32,887 nt of DNA from an uncultured Gemmatimonadota bacterium (GCA_964458875.1 CAYWLF010000002.1:1-32887); one strand, 5' to 3'; counted from the first letter of the stretch, positions 9,633-18,422 are shown. The notes: generated by a model from the letters alone, not told the origin. Program-made: numbers and translations.

Positions 9633-10300
9633 GCCTCGCCCTGGACACGAGCACGCCCCTGGGCAGCGTGGCCGTAGGCAGGGACGGCAGGGTCCTCGCC
9701 GAGTCGCTCTTGCGTGTGCGCGCGACGCATTCCGAGGCCGTGCTCCCCGAGATCGATCGCCTGCTCACCGGCTGTGGACTCGCCGTCCAAGATCTTCAAG
9801 CCGTGGTCGTGGGAGGCGGGCCCGGCTCCTTCACCGGGGTTCGAATCGCCGCATCGCTGGCCAAGGGGATGTGCCACGCGAAGGGCCTGGAACTGTTTTC
9901 GTTCTCGAGCCTCGCCGCCGTGGCGGCCGGCTCCGGATGCCAGGAGCCCGTCTGCGCGATGTTCGACGCGCGCCGCGGCCAGGTCTACGCCGCCGGATAC
10001 CGGGTGGGAGAGGGAATCGAGGAGTTGTTCGCGCCGAGAGCCGGAGCTCTCGACCGAGTCCTCACGGATCTCGGGGAACCCGGCGAGTGGTGCTTCACCG
10101 GCGACGGAGCTGGAGCCGGCGAAGAGGCCATCCGGCTGGCCGGTGGCCGGATACTGGACCCGGACAGGTGGGTTCCGCGCGCCGCCTCTCTGCTGTGGCT
10201 GGCGTCGGTCGATCCTGGCGGGGGTCGGGTGGCCGATCCAGGAAGCTGGGAGCCCGGATACGTTCGCCTGCCCGCCGCTCAGCGCGGGCCCGGAGGCTGA
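9626..10300 (+). CDS. tsaB: tRNA t6A37 modification protein TsaB (YeaZ)
   Basis: [18 protein letters not shown]-terminus and the GPGSFTGVRIA motif. The GTG start at 9626 (or 9629) overlaps the tsaE stop. The track ORF from 9473 is an upstream extension. Confidence 0.85.
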   Translation: MVSLALDTSTPLGSVAVGRDGRVLAESLLRVRATHSEAVLPEIDRLLTGCGLAVQDLQAVVVGGGPGSFTGVRIAASLAKGMCHAKGLELFSFSSLAAVAAGSGCQEPVCAMFDARRGQVYAAGYRVGEGIEELFAPRAGALDRVLTDLGEPGEWCFTGDGAGAGEEAIRLAGGRILDPDRWVPRAASLLWLASVDPGGGRVADPGSWEPGYVRLPAAQRGPGG

Positions 10301-10344
10301 GCGTGGGTAAGGCGCGGGGAGACGGACGGGCCAAGGTACGGGCG

Positions 10345-10779
10345 ATGCGCCCGGCGGACCTTGCCGAGGTCATGGTGATCGAGCGGCGTTCCTTCTCCGC
10401 TCCGTGGGAGGAATCGACATTTCGCGGCCTTATGCGCCGACCCAGCGCCGGGCTCCTCGTCGCGGAGATCGATGACGAGCTGGTTGGCTACTCGGTGATG
10501 TGGTTCGCGGCCGACGAGGGAGAACTGGGCGATATCGCGGTCCTCCCGGAGCGACGCCGGTCGGGTATCGGCCGACGACTTCTGCATGAAAGCATTGTGG
10601 CCGCGGCCAGCCGGGGGATACGCTCTCTGTATCTCGAGGTCAGGGAGTCCAACGAAGTGGCGCGGGGCTTGTACGTGAAAGTCGGTTTCGAGGTGGTGGG
10701 AGTGCGCAAACAGTACTACACGGAGCCGGTTGAAGATGCGATCGTGATGAAACTGGACCTGCAGGATGTGGTGCGTTGA
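10345..10779 (+). CDS. rimI: Ribosomal-protein-alanine N-acetyltransferase (GNAT)
   Basis: Only the C-terminal 144 aa of the 9400..10779 ORF looks like a real protein. It has a GNAT acetyl-CoA motif (RRSGIGRRLL) and RimI-like sequence (EVRESNEVARGLYVKVGF). ATG at 10345; GTG 10303 is an alternative start. Confidence 0.8.
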   Translation: MRPADLAEVMVIERRSFSAPWEESTFRGLMRRPSAGLLVAEIDDELVGYSVMWFAADEGELGDIAVLPERRRSGIGRRLLHESIVAAASRGIRSLYLEVRESNEVARGLYVKVGFEVVGVRKQYYTEPVEDAIVMKLDLQDVVR

Positions 10780-10877
10780 CACGCCGAGGAACGGCCGTCT
10801 AGTTTCGGTGTTCGGCTGGGTTCCGGCCCACGGATGTGGTGGTGTTCGCATATGTAATTACGGGACACGAGGATAGA

Positions 10878-11318
10878 ATGGCACGCTCACTAAACAAGAT
10901 TCAGTTGATCGGAAACCTCGGACGGGATCCCGAGGTGCGCGTGACCAACTCCGGCACGCGGGTTGCTTCACTGTCCGTGGCGACGAGCCGCCAGTGGACG
11001 GACCGGAACGGCCAGGGGCAGGAGAAGACCGAGTGGCACCGGGTGTCCTGCTGGGACAAGCTGGCGGAGGTGTGCGAGCGGTACCTGACGAAAGGTGACC
11101 GCGTCTACATTGAAGGAAGCGTCGAGTACCGTCAGAGCGAGCAGGACGGCCAGGTACGTTACTTCACGGATATCCGGGCGCGGGAAATGATCATGCTGGG
11201 CGGACGCGGCGATCGACCGGAATCCATATCCGGTCCAGCCGTTGAGCGCTCTGCCGGATCCAGCATGAAGGACTTCACGGACGACGCCCTCGCCGGCGAG
11301 GACGACCTGCCCTTCTGA
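10878..11318 (+). CDS. ssb: Single-stranded DNA-binding protein
   Basis: Canonical N-terminus (MARSLNKIQLIGNLGRDPEVR) at ATG 10878, with GAGGA 4 nt upstream. OB-fold motifs (TEWHRVSCW) and an acidic C-terminal tail ending DDLPF. Confidence 0.93.
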   Translation: MARSLNKIQLIGNLGRDPEVRVTNSGTRVASLSVATSRQWTDRNGQGQEKTEWHRVSCWDKLAEVCERYLTKGDRVYIEGSVEYRQSEQDGQVRYFTDIRAREMIMLGGRGDRPESISGPAVERSAGSSMKDFTDDALAGEDDLPF

Positions 11319-11329
11319 GGAGGCAGATC

Positions 11330-12475
11330 ATGAACGGGGCAACCCGGGCACTGGTGCTGGTTACCGCGGTCCTTGCGATCGCTCCGGCCGCCGGGGCGCA
11401 GGATACGGACGGGACACACAGAGTCCGATCAGGAGATACGCTGTGGGAGTTGGCGGCGCGTTACCTGGCGGACCCGCACCGTTGGCCCGAGCTGTACGAC
11501 CTGAACACGAACGTCGTGGAAGACCCGCACTGGATCTTCCCGGGGGAAAGCCTTCGTCTTCCCGGGGGTCGAGAGGGTGCGGCGAGGCAGGCGGCCCGGT
11601 CCGACGGGCCTCCGTCCGATCGCGCCGCAGCGGACACGAAGACCGCGCGCGGCGAACAGGAAGCGCCATCGGACGCCACCCGGTCTTTCGGGGACGCCGG
11701 CAAGTATCCGCAGGGTTCGGTGTTCCGGGCCGATCCCAGCGCACCGTCATACGGCTCGCTGTCCATCGAGCAGAACGAGCCGGGTTTCGTAGTCTCGATG
11801 AGCGACTTCTTCGGTGCGCCGGTCCTCGCCGATCAGACAACATTCGTGTCGGCCGGCACGACCGCCCGTGTCGTCGCCGAGTCCCACCCGGACATCAAGC
11901 TGCCGCGTGCGGCCAGACTCAACGACCAGGTCGTGCTCCACCTCAGCGGCGCAGTGGCGGAGGTGGGTGACCATTTGATGGCGGTCCAATGGGGGCGTTC
12001 CCTGGGCACGGCCGGCCACGTCCTGCACACCGTCGGCGCGGTCCGGGTGACCCGAACCTATCCGTCGCCGGACAGCGTACGGGCCGAGGTCATCCGGATC
12101 TTCGGGGACTATCGAGTGGGAGACCTGATGGTCGTGGCCGAGGAATTCCCGATCGTCCTCGGGATAGTGCCGGAAGCCGAGGAAGGTGGGATGGTGGGCA
12201 CGGTGATCGGTTTCACGCAGGACCAGACGCTGCTGGCCACGGGCGAGACGCTGTTCCTGGACGTCGGGGCGGCCGATGAGGTTCAAGTGGGGGATGTGTT
12301 CGCGATCTTCTCGGCCACAGCGGTCGCCGAGACGGCCCCATTCGAGGACCGACTGTCGACGGTCCGCGTGGTCCACACGTCCGATGGGACCTCGACGGCG
12401 CGAGTCACGTCGGTCCGCGATGCGGGGATGCGTCCGGGCAGTCCCGTCCGTCGAATCGAGCGAATGCCTCAATAG
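11330..12475 (+). CDS. Secreted LysM peptidoglycan-binding protein with an uncharacterised C-terminal domain
   Basis: GAGGAGG RBS and signal peptide (LVLVTAVLAIAPAAGAQD). LysM signature (HRVRSGDTLWELAARYLADPHRWPELYDLN...IFPGESLRLP). A low-complexity linker is followed by a ~230-aa domain of unknown function. Confidence 0.75.
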   Translation: MNGATRALVLVTAVLAIAPAAGAQDTDGTHRVRSGDTLWELAARYLADPHRWPELYDLNTNVVEDPHWIFPGESLRLPGGREGAARQAARSDGPPSDRAAADTKTARGEQEAPSDATRSFGDAGKYPQGSVFRADPSAPSYGSLSIEQNEPGFVVSMSDFFGAPVLADQTTFVSAGTTARVVAESHPDIKLPRAARLNDQVVLHLSGAVAEVGDHLMAVQWGRSLGTAGHVLHTVGAVRVTRTYPSPDSVRAEVIRIFGDYRVGDLMVVAEEFPIVLGIVPEAEEGGMVGTVIGFTQDQTLLATGETLFLDVGAADEVQVGDVFAIFSATAVAETAPFEDRLSTVRVVHTSDGTSTARVTSVRDAGMRPGSPVRRIERMPQ

Positions 12476-12504
12476 GTTGGTCCAGGGTCCCCCATGAGAT
12501 GACC

Positions 12505-12534
12505 GAAGCGTCCCGTCACCCGATGGGGCGCTTC
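12505..12534 (+). terminator. GC-rich hairpin downstream of the LysM gene (candidate terminator)
   Basis: GAAGCGTCCC (12505-12514) pairs with GGGGCGCTTC (12525-12534), including one G-U pair, around a 10-nt loop. Only TT follows, so there is no real U-tract. Confidence 0.35.
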
Positions 12535-12653
12535 TTGACATCGGCCTCCGTGCGTCTTTCGGCGCATGGCGGCGACAAATAGCTTGGCCGCGACACTCGA
12601 CGTGCGAGGGTCCGACGGGCGCGAGACCGTGTACATCCGGGAAAGAAGCAGCG

Positions 12654-13610
12654 ATGTCGAAACAAGAGCGCAGGGTTCTGGTCACCGGCGGGGCCGGATT
12701 CATCGGATCCCATGTGTGCGATGCCTTCGCGGCGGACGGCTGGGCCGTCACCGCGCTGGACGACCTGAGTTCGGGCAAACGGGAGAACCTCTCGACCGGC
12801 ATTGATCTGGTCGTAGCCGACATCCGGTCTGCGGAGGCATCGGCCCTGATCCGGGACGGTGGATTTGAGGTCATCAGCCACCATGCTGCGCAGATCGACG
12901 TGCGCGTCTCGGTGGATCGGCCGGATCACGACGCCTCGATCAACATCATGGGGTTATTGAATCTTCTCGAGTCCGCGGTAAGCGGTGGCGTGCGAAGGTT
13001 CGTGTACGTGTCTTCCGGTGGCGTTGTGTACGGTGAGCCGGACGACCTTCCGGTGTCCGAGACCGCACCGAAGCAGCCTCTCTCTCCGTACGGCGTGAGC
13101 AAGCTCACCGGGGAGCACTACCTGCACTTCTACCGGCAGATTCACGGCCTTGAAAGCGTTTCGCTTCGGTACTCCAACGTGTTCGGTCCCCGGCAGGATC
13201 CGCATGGCGAAGCGGGGGTGGTGGCCATTTTCGGCCGCGGCGTTCTCGAGGGCCATTCGCTCACCGTGTTCGGCGACGGGGAACAGACACGCGACTACGT
13301 GTATGTGGGAGACGTGGCACAGGCCAACGTGCTGGCCGCGGGGATCGATGTCTCCGGCTCCAGGACGATGGATGACGTTGCCTTCAACGTGGGGACCGGC
13401 TTGGAAACGAGCGTGAACGAACTTGCGCGGGCCGTCATGAGGGTCGCCGGGCGAGAGGTCGATGTGGAAGCTGCGCCGGAGCGTCCTGGCGAGTTGCTGC
13501 GCAACTGTCTCGATGCGTCTAAACTCGAAACGCTCGGGTGGCGCTGTGCCGGCGACCTCGACGCCGGACTGAGCACGACGTACGCCTGGATCGTCGAAGG
13601 GGGTCGATGA
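12654..13610 (+). CDS. NAD-dependent epimerase/dehydratase (extended SDR, UDP-hexose 4-epimerase-like)
   Basis: Rossmann motif (VLVTGGAGFIGSH) and catalytic YxxxK (SPYGVSKLTGEH). 318 aa. The stop overlaps the tolQ start (ATGA). Confidence 0.85.
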   Translation: MSKQERRVLVTGGAGFIGSHVCDAFAADGWAVTALDDLSSGKRENLSTGIDLVVADIRSAEASALIRDGGFEVISHHAAQIDVRVSVDRPDHDASINIMGLLNLLESAVSGGVRRFVYVSSGGVVYGEPDDLPVSETAPKQPLSPYGVSKLTGEHYLHFYRQIHGLESVSLRYSNVFGPRQDPHGEAGVVAIFGRGVLEGHSLTVFGDGEQTRDYVYVGDVAQANVLAAGIDVSGSRTMDDVAFNVGTGLETSVNELARAVMRVAGREVDVEAAPERPGELLRNCLDASKLETLGWRCAGDLDAGLSTTYAWIVEGGR

Positions 13611-14341
13611 TGATCGTCCCCTCCCTGGTGCCGATGTTCCAGCAGGCGAACACCATCGCCTCAAGTCCATGGGACCTGATCCTCTTTGCGACGCCTGTCA
13701 CGAAGGTCATCCTCATCGTGCTCGCCGCGTTCTCCCTGTTTTCGTGGGTCATGATCTATTGGAAATGGGCCGAGTTCCGGAAGATGCGGCAGGCCGGGGA
13801 CACCTTCGTCGCGGGCATGGAGGCGGCAACCGGCCTTAGCGACGTGTACCAGATCCTCACCCGACTGGAGGAGTCACCGTATACACGTGTATTCCGGAGG
13901 GGCGTGAACTTCTTCACCGAGCTTCGCCCAACGGCTCTTCGCGACGACGAACACGATGCTCCTGGCCTCTCGTCGGCCCAGCTCGACACCCTGCGGCTGG
14001 TGCTGGAGAAGGAGCTTGCCGAAGAACGCGATGACCTGGCCCACGGACTTCCGTGGATGGCCATCATCGGATCGGTGAGTCCGCTTCTCGGGCTGATGGG
14101 GACGGTCGTCGGCGTCATGAACTCATTCATCGGAATCACGTCGCAGGGCTCGGCGAACATCGCCGCAGTGGCTCCCGGAATCGCCGAGGCACTGGTGACT
14201 ACGGTCGTGGGCCTCGCCGTCGCGATTCCCGCGGTCATCGCGTACAACCATTACGCGGCCAAGCTGGGTCTGTTCACCGGCGAACTCGAGGGCTTCGCGA
14301 GCGAGTTCATCGGCACGCTTGCCAGGGAGGGCCGCGTATGA
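13607..14341 (+). CDS. tolQ: Tol-Pal system protein TolQ (MotA/TolQ/ExbB proton channel)
   Basis: ATG at 13607. Three TM segments with family motifs (IIGSVSPLLGLMGTVVGVMNSF, APGIAEALVTTVVGLAVAIPAVIAYN). Position at the head of tolR-tolA-tolB-pal. Confidence 0.85.
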   Translation: MMIVPSLVPMFQQANTIASSPWDLILFATPVTKVILIVLAAFSLFSWVMIYWKWAEFRKMRQAGDTFVAGMEAATGLSDVYQILTRLEESPYTRVFRRGVNFFTELRPTALRDDEHDAPGLSSAQLDTLRLVLEKELAEERDDLAHGLPWMAIIGSVSPLLGLMGTVVGVMNSFIGITSQGSANIAAVAPGIAEALVTTVVGLAVAIPAVIAYNHYAAKLGLFTGELEGFASEFIGTLAREGRV

Positions 14342-14763
14342 TCGGCGGCCGCCTGGGTGGTGGTCCGGAGAACGGTCTCCCCGTTCGGGCCGAGATCAAC
14401 GTCACGAGCCTGGTCGATGTCGCGTTCACCCTTCTCGTGATTTTCATGATCACGGCGCCCATCCTCCAGGGCGGCGTCGAGGTGAGTATTCCGAAGGCTC
14501 CCTCTGCGCCGCTGCAGGTGGCCGAGGGACTCGTGATCACGGTAGACCGCGACGGTCAGATCTTCGTAGACGACGACAAGTTCACGCGCGAGGAGTTTGC
14601 GGCCACTATCGTGCAGATGGTGGAGCGTAAGGGCGGGCCGACCGTGTACGTGAGAGGAGACCGTGACGTTCCGTACGGCTCGGTGCTCTGGGTCATCGGT
14701 ATGCTGAAGGAATCGGAGATCGATGCCGTGAGCCTGATTGCCGACCCGGATACGGATCGTTGA
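14338..14763 (+). CDS. tolR: Tol-Pal system protein TolR (ExbD/TolR family)
   Basis: ATG at 14338 overlaps the tolQ stop (ATGA). Family motif (EINVTSLVDVAFTLLVIFMITAP), 141 aa. Confidence 0.85.
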   Translation: MIGGRLGGGPENGLPVRAEINVTSLVDVAFTLLVIFMITAPILQGGVEVSIPKAPSAPLQVAEGLVITVDRDGQIFVDDDKFTREEFAATIVQMVERKGGPTVYVRGDRDVPYGSVLWVIGMLKESEIDAVSLIADPDTDR

Positions 14764-14788
14764 GCCGGGGACGGAGGGCGAGGCGCAC

Positions 14789-15454
14789 GTGACCGGGAGA
14801 CGTCAACGGCACAAGGTGCCTCCGGGCGCGCTGATCGCGTCGACCATCCTGCACACCGTGGTCGGGATCAGCCTTGCCGTGGCCGGGGCCTACATGGTGC
14901 CGCGCTCGCTCCCGGCCCAGACGTTCCGGGTCCACCTCGTGGCGGCATCCGATCCCACCGCGCCTATGCGCCTGAAGCCGGAGCCGGCCAAGGTCGACGA
15001 GGAGGAGAACCGTCCGCCTCCGCCCGAGCCGACGCCCGATCCCAAGCCACGCACGGAGGTGCCCACGGTCGTGGAGCAGCCTCCACCGGTGGAACCGTCC
15101 AAGGAGCCGGCCCGGGGACCGGAAGAGGGGGACGATCCGATCAACGTCCATCTCGAGGGAGCCGCCTTCGTCGATCCGCAGTACCTCGAGAACATCATCC
15201 TCCAGGTGCACCGGTACTGGAGGCCTCCCACCGGCAACCGCAACCTGCGCGCCGAGGTGGTGTTCACCATCGAGAGCGATGGCTCCACCAGCGATATCGA
15301 GTGGGTTCAGCGTTCTGGCGATCTGGCCTTCGACCTGGAGGCGCACGGTGCCGTCGAGGCCGCGGGCAGGGCAAAGGCATTCGGCCCCCTGCCGGACGCC
15401 TGGCCCCGCGATCAGTTGAGAGTGTCCTTCTTTTTCGATCCAGCTTCTTTGTGA
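14789..15454 (+). CDS. tolA: TolA-like / TonB-C-terminal-domain energy-transducer protein
   Basis: GTG at 14789 lies 10 nt after GGAGGG; TTG 14738 is the longer alternative. One N-terminal TM (ALIASTILHTVVGISLAVAG), a Pro-rich linker (RPPPPEPTPDPKP...PPPVEP) and a TonB/TolA-like C-terminal domain. Sits in the tolA position between tolR and tolB. Confidence 0.65.
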   Translation: MTGRRQRHKVPPGALIASTILHTVVGISLAVAGAYMVPRSLPAQTFRVHLVAASDPTAPMRLKPEPAKVDEEENRPPPPEPTPDPKPRTEVPTVVEQPPPVEPSKEPARGPEEGDDPINVHLEGAAFVDPQYLENIILQVHRYWRPPTGNRNLRAEVVFTIESDGSTSDIEWVQRSGDLAFDLEAHGAVEAAGRAKAFGPLPDAWPRDQLRVSFFFDPASL

Positions 15455-15455
15455 G

Positions 15456-16820
15456 GTGAACCGAGTGATGACGGGACGGAAGCTTGCAACAATCGGACTG
15501 GTAGCGCTGACCTGCGTGGTGGTATTCGCGGGCATCGCCCGAGCGCAGGATCCGGGCGACGTACGCGTCGGCATCACCTATACGCCGGGGTACCTGCCGG
15601 GCCTCGTAATGACGCCTGTCGAGTCAGGCGGGTCGCTCGGAGATTTCGCCGCTCAGGTGGACAGCATTCTACGGCGGGACCTCGACTACGCCGATCGGTT
15701 CGAGATCATCCCGGTCCCGGATGATCTTCCGGGCGACGGACCCGTGAACTACGGTCTGTGGAACCAGCTGGGCGCGGTGTGGCTGGTGGTGTCGGAGCTT
15801 ACGGGTACCGCCGCCCAGCCCGTCCTCCGGGTGAGTCTGCACGACGTGGTGTTCTCGGAACTCAAGGAAGTAAGAGCTTTCTCACTACCGCGTTCCGGTG
15901 ATTCCGACTTCCGGATGGCGGTGCACAGGATGTCCGACGAGGTGGTGACCTGGGCCACGGGCGAGCCCGGTATCGCAGCGTCACGCATCGTGTTCCGGCG
16001 CATGGTCACGCCGACTGCATCGGACCTGTTCGTGATCGACAGCGACGGCTTCGGCCTCCGGAGACTGACCCACGAGGCGGCGAGCAACGACAGCTCGATC
16101 GTGATGTCGCCGGAACTCTCTCCAAACGGCAGATTCGTGGCGTACGTCTCATACAAATCGGGTAAACCGGTCATCTATGAACTGGACCTTGTAGGCGGGG
16201 CCGAGAAGGTGATCTCGGACATCGGGCGCATCAACGTGACACCGGTGTACTCGCCGGACGGACGGCGGATCCTGTTCGGCCGAACCGAGGATGATCACAC
16301 GGAGCTGTTCGAGATCCAGCGTGAGCCTCTGTGCTGCACCCGTAGGGTCACCTACACCTCGTCCGGCGAGACGCTGGGAGGGGCCTACTCTCCCGACGGA
16401 CGATCGCTGGCCATCACCTCCACGCCGCTCGGGAATCCGCAAATCTACGTGCTGGATCTTCAGCGGGGTGGCGATCCGTCGATCGTGAGTCGATACGTGT
16501 TCGGGGAACGAGGGTACGCGACGTCGCCGCATTGGTCGCCGCGCGGGGACAGGATCGCCTACCACACGTGGGTGGACAGCTGGTTTCAGATCGTCACGGT
16601 CAATCCTGATGGCACCGATCGCCGGGTCATGACATCGCGCGGAAGCAATGAGGATCCGAGCTGGGCCCCGGACGGCCGGCACCTCATTTTCGCCGGTACG
16701 CTGCGCGGGTACTATGCGCTTTGGGTACTGGATACCGTGAGCGGAAGGCTCCGTTCGGTGTCCGTGAACCAGGTGGACCAGCTTCCGCACTGGTCGGGTC
16801 CGGTCGCACCTGGCTCGTGA
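15456..16820 (+). CDS. tolB: Tol-Pal system beta-propeller protein TolB
   Basis: Signal peptide, a TolB N-terminal domain and PD40 repeats (LSPNGRFVAYVS, YSPDGRRILF, YSPDGRSLAI, WSPRGDRIAY, WAPDGRHLIF). Start is GTG 15456 or ATG 15468. Confidence 0.88.
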   Translation: MNRVMTGRKLATIGLVALTCVVVFAGIARAQDPGDVRVGITYTPGYLPGLVMTPVESGGSLGDFAAQVDSILRRDLDYADRFEIIPVPDDLPGDGPVNYGLWNQLGAVWLVVSELTGTAAQPVLRVSLHDVVFSELKEVRAFSLPRSGDSDFRMAVHRMSDEVVTWATGEPGIAASRIVFRRMVTPTASDLFVIDSDGFGLRRLTHEAASNDSSIVMSPELSPNGRFVAYVSYKSGKPVIYELDLVGGAEKVISDIGRINVTPVYSPDGRRILFGRTEDDHTELFEIQREPLCCTRRVTYTSSGETLGGAYSPDGRSLAITSTPLGNPQIYVLDLQRGGDPSIVSRYVFGERGYATSPHWSPRGDRIAYHTWVDSWFQIVTVNPDGTDRRVMTSRGSNEDPSWAPDGRHLIFAGTLRGYYALWVLDTVSGRLRSVSVNQVDQLPHWSGPVAPGS

Positions 16821-16846
16821 GGCCGTAAATCATGCGGGCGGACGGG

Positions 16847-16875
16847 TTGGCAAGCGCGCGCAGGTAGTATACAAT
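16847..16875 (+). promoter_or_regulatory. Sigma70-like promoter upstream of pal (TTGGCA-N17-TACAAT)
   Basis: TTGGCA at 16847-16852, a 17-nt spacer, and TACAAT at 16870-16875, inside the 151-nt tolB-pal gap. This is the best -35/-10 match I found in the window. Confidence 0.45.
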
Positions 16876-16971
16876 ACAGCGGTTCCGATGGAACCAGTTC
16901 GACCGTCACGACCGTACGAGATCCGATATCCCGTTCCGGGAGTTCGCGACTCACTGAAAAGGAGCGTAAAG

Positions 16972-17637
16972 ATGCGTCTCAATGGTTGGATCGCAGCTCT
17001 CCTGGTTCTCCTCGCTGTGGGAGTTGCTGCCTGCGCCGGAAATCCGGCACCCGTACCGCCACCGGTGGTGGCCGAGACCGTGCCCGAGCCTGATGCTGAC
17101 AGCCTGGCCGCGGTGCGCGCAGCGGAGCGCGAAGCAGCGGCCGCACGCCTGTGCCGTGAGGCAGCCTCAGCGATGGCGGCCGGCAACTTCGATCGCGCTC
17201 GGATGATGTACGAGCAGGCGAAGCGCGATTACGCCGGGACCGAGTGCGCGAACACGGCGGGCACCCAGCTCGCGCTGATCGACGCGATCATGGTGATCCG
17301 GGAGCGCGTCCACTTCGATTTCGACAAGTACAACATTCGGGATGACGCGGCGGCGGTCCTGGCGGCCAAGGCCGAAGTCCTGCAGCAGTTCCCGGGCGTG
17401 AGGCTTACGATCGAAGGTCACTGCGATGAGCGCGGCTCGATCGAGTACAACCTGGCCCTCGGCCAGCGTCGTGCGGACAGCACGGTCAAGTACCTGGTCA
17501 GCCTCGGCCTGTCGGAGGACATGTTCAACACCGTGAGCTACGGCAAGGAACGGCCGGTTGCGCAAGGTTCCGACGAGGACGCCTGGCAGGTGAACCGGCG
17601 TTCCGAGTTCGTCATTGAGAACATGGACGCTCTTTGA
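16972..17637 (+). CDS. pal: Peptidoglycan-associated lipoprotein Pal (OmpA-like domain)
   Basis: ATG at 16972 is preceded by AAAGGAG. Lipobox LAVGVAAC. OmpA-C motifs (RVHFDFDKYNIR, TIEGHCDERGSIEYNLALGQRRA, NRRSEFV). The track start at 16888 is an upstream extension. Confidence 0.9.
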   Translation: MRLNGWIAALLVLLAVGVAACAGNPAPVPPPVVAETVPEPDADSLAAVRAAEREAAAARLCREAASAMAAGNFDRARMMYEQAKRDYAGTECANTAGTQLALIDAIMVIRERVHFDFDKYNIRDDAAAVLAAKAEVLQQFPGVRLTIEGHCDERGSIEYNLALGQRRADSTVKYLVSLGLSEDMFNTVSYGKERPVAQGSDEDAWQVNRRSEFVIENMDAL

Positions 17638-18422
17638 TCCGAAGTAGGGTTCTACTCACGGCGTCAATCACCCTACTGGGTGCGGCGTGCGCCATGAAAA
17701 GCGACGTGGCGGATCTGGAATCCACGTTGCAGGCGCAGATGCAGGCGGAACGCGCCCAGAGGGACAGCCTGATGACGGAGATCAGGCAGCTGCGATCGGT
17801 GCTGCTGGACAGTCTCAGCGTCCAGCAGCGCCGTGACATTTCAGGGATGGTGGATCTCGGGCGGCAGATCGAGGACCTGGGAATCGCAGTCACGCAGCTG
17901 ACGGCTCTGACGGGAGAGACGCAGCGCCAGTTGGCGTTGCTGCAGGATTCGGGCACCGGCCTGGCGGGCGCCGCCGTTGCGGGCGCCGCCGGGGCGGCCC
18001 TCGTCGACGGAGCCGGTGACGAAACTCCCGCAGGCGCCGGTGCCGGGCAGCCCGAGGCCCTTTACGAGGCGGCCCTGAGGCAGTTCAGGCGCGGTTCGTA
18101 TGAGACGGCGCGCGCCGGCCTCGATCAGTTCCTGGAACAGTACCCGAGTCACGAGCTGGCGCCCGACGCCCAGTACTTCAGGGCTGAGACGTTCGCGGAG
18201 GCCGGCGAGCCCGGAGAAGCGCTCGGGGAGTACGCACGGGTCCTGGAGTTATACCCGAACTCCCGGCGTGCCCCGACGGCACTGTACAAGAGCGGACTCA
18301 TCGAGCTTCAGCAGGGCAACGTGGACGATGCTCGCACGTTCTTCCAGCGAGTCGTCCAGGGTTACCCTGACAGCGACGAGATCGACCTCGCGGAGCGGGA
18401 ACTTACCAGACTCCAAAACTGA
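17634..18422 (+). CDS. cpoB: Tol-Pal-associated TPR protein CpoB/YbgF
   Basis: TTG start overlaps the pal stop (TTGA). Lipobox-like LLGAAC. N-terminal coiled coil and C-terminal YbgF-type TPRs (YEAALRQFRRGSYETARAGLDQFLEQYPSHELAPDAQYF...YPNSRRAPTALYKSG...YPDSD). Confidence 0.85.
   Translation: MIRSRVLLTASITLLGAACAMKSDVADLESTLQAQMQAERAQRDSLMTEIRQLRSVLLDSLSVQQRRDISGMVDLGRQIEDLGIAVTQLTALTGETQRQLALLQDSGTGLAGAAVAGAAGAALVDGAGDETPAGAGAGQPEALYEAALRQFRRGSYETARAGLDQFLEQYPSHELAPDAQYFRAETFAEAGEPGEALGEYARVLELYPNSRRAPTALYKSGLIELQQGNVDDARTFFQRVVQGYPDSDEIDLAERELTRLQN

Noticed and set aside
9400-10344. Long Arg/Gly/Pro-rich N-terminal part of the 459-aa ORF 9400..10779
   Set aside because: This is an out-of-frame read-through of tsaE and tsaB, and its composition (RRRGRRARLL...) is not protein-like. 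Only the C-terminal GNAT part, from 10345 (or 10303), is a plausible gene (rimI).
10788-10815. GAAC...GTTC and GTTT-N4-GTTC elements upstream of ssb considered as LexA/SOS boxes
   Set aside because: The spacing (18 nt, or an 8-nt period) fits neither the GAAC-N4-GTTC nor the GTTC-N7-GTTC class. No matching element lies upstream of uvrB or radC.
10836-10877. Upstream-extended start codons offered by the ORF track, including ssb 10836, uvrB 7072, pal 16888, tatC 18967, tatA 26916, aroQ 30616, tolQ 13538, tolR 14053 and the TPR gene 22670
   Set aside because: The extensions are Arg/Gly-rich or overlap the preceding gene. Canonical family N-termini with Shine-Dalgarno sequences, or 4-nt stop/start overlaps, occur at the downstream starts used in the feature table.
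16860-16880. AT-rich GTAGTATACAATAC near the pal promoter considered as an NrdR box, since nrdR is encoded nearby
   Set aside because: It does not match the conserved C/G positions of the 16-bp NrdR palindrome (acaCwAtATaTwGtgt). No second tandem box is present, and pal is not an expected NrdR target.
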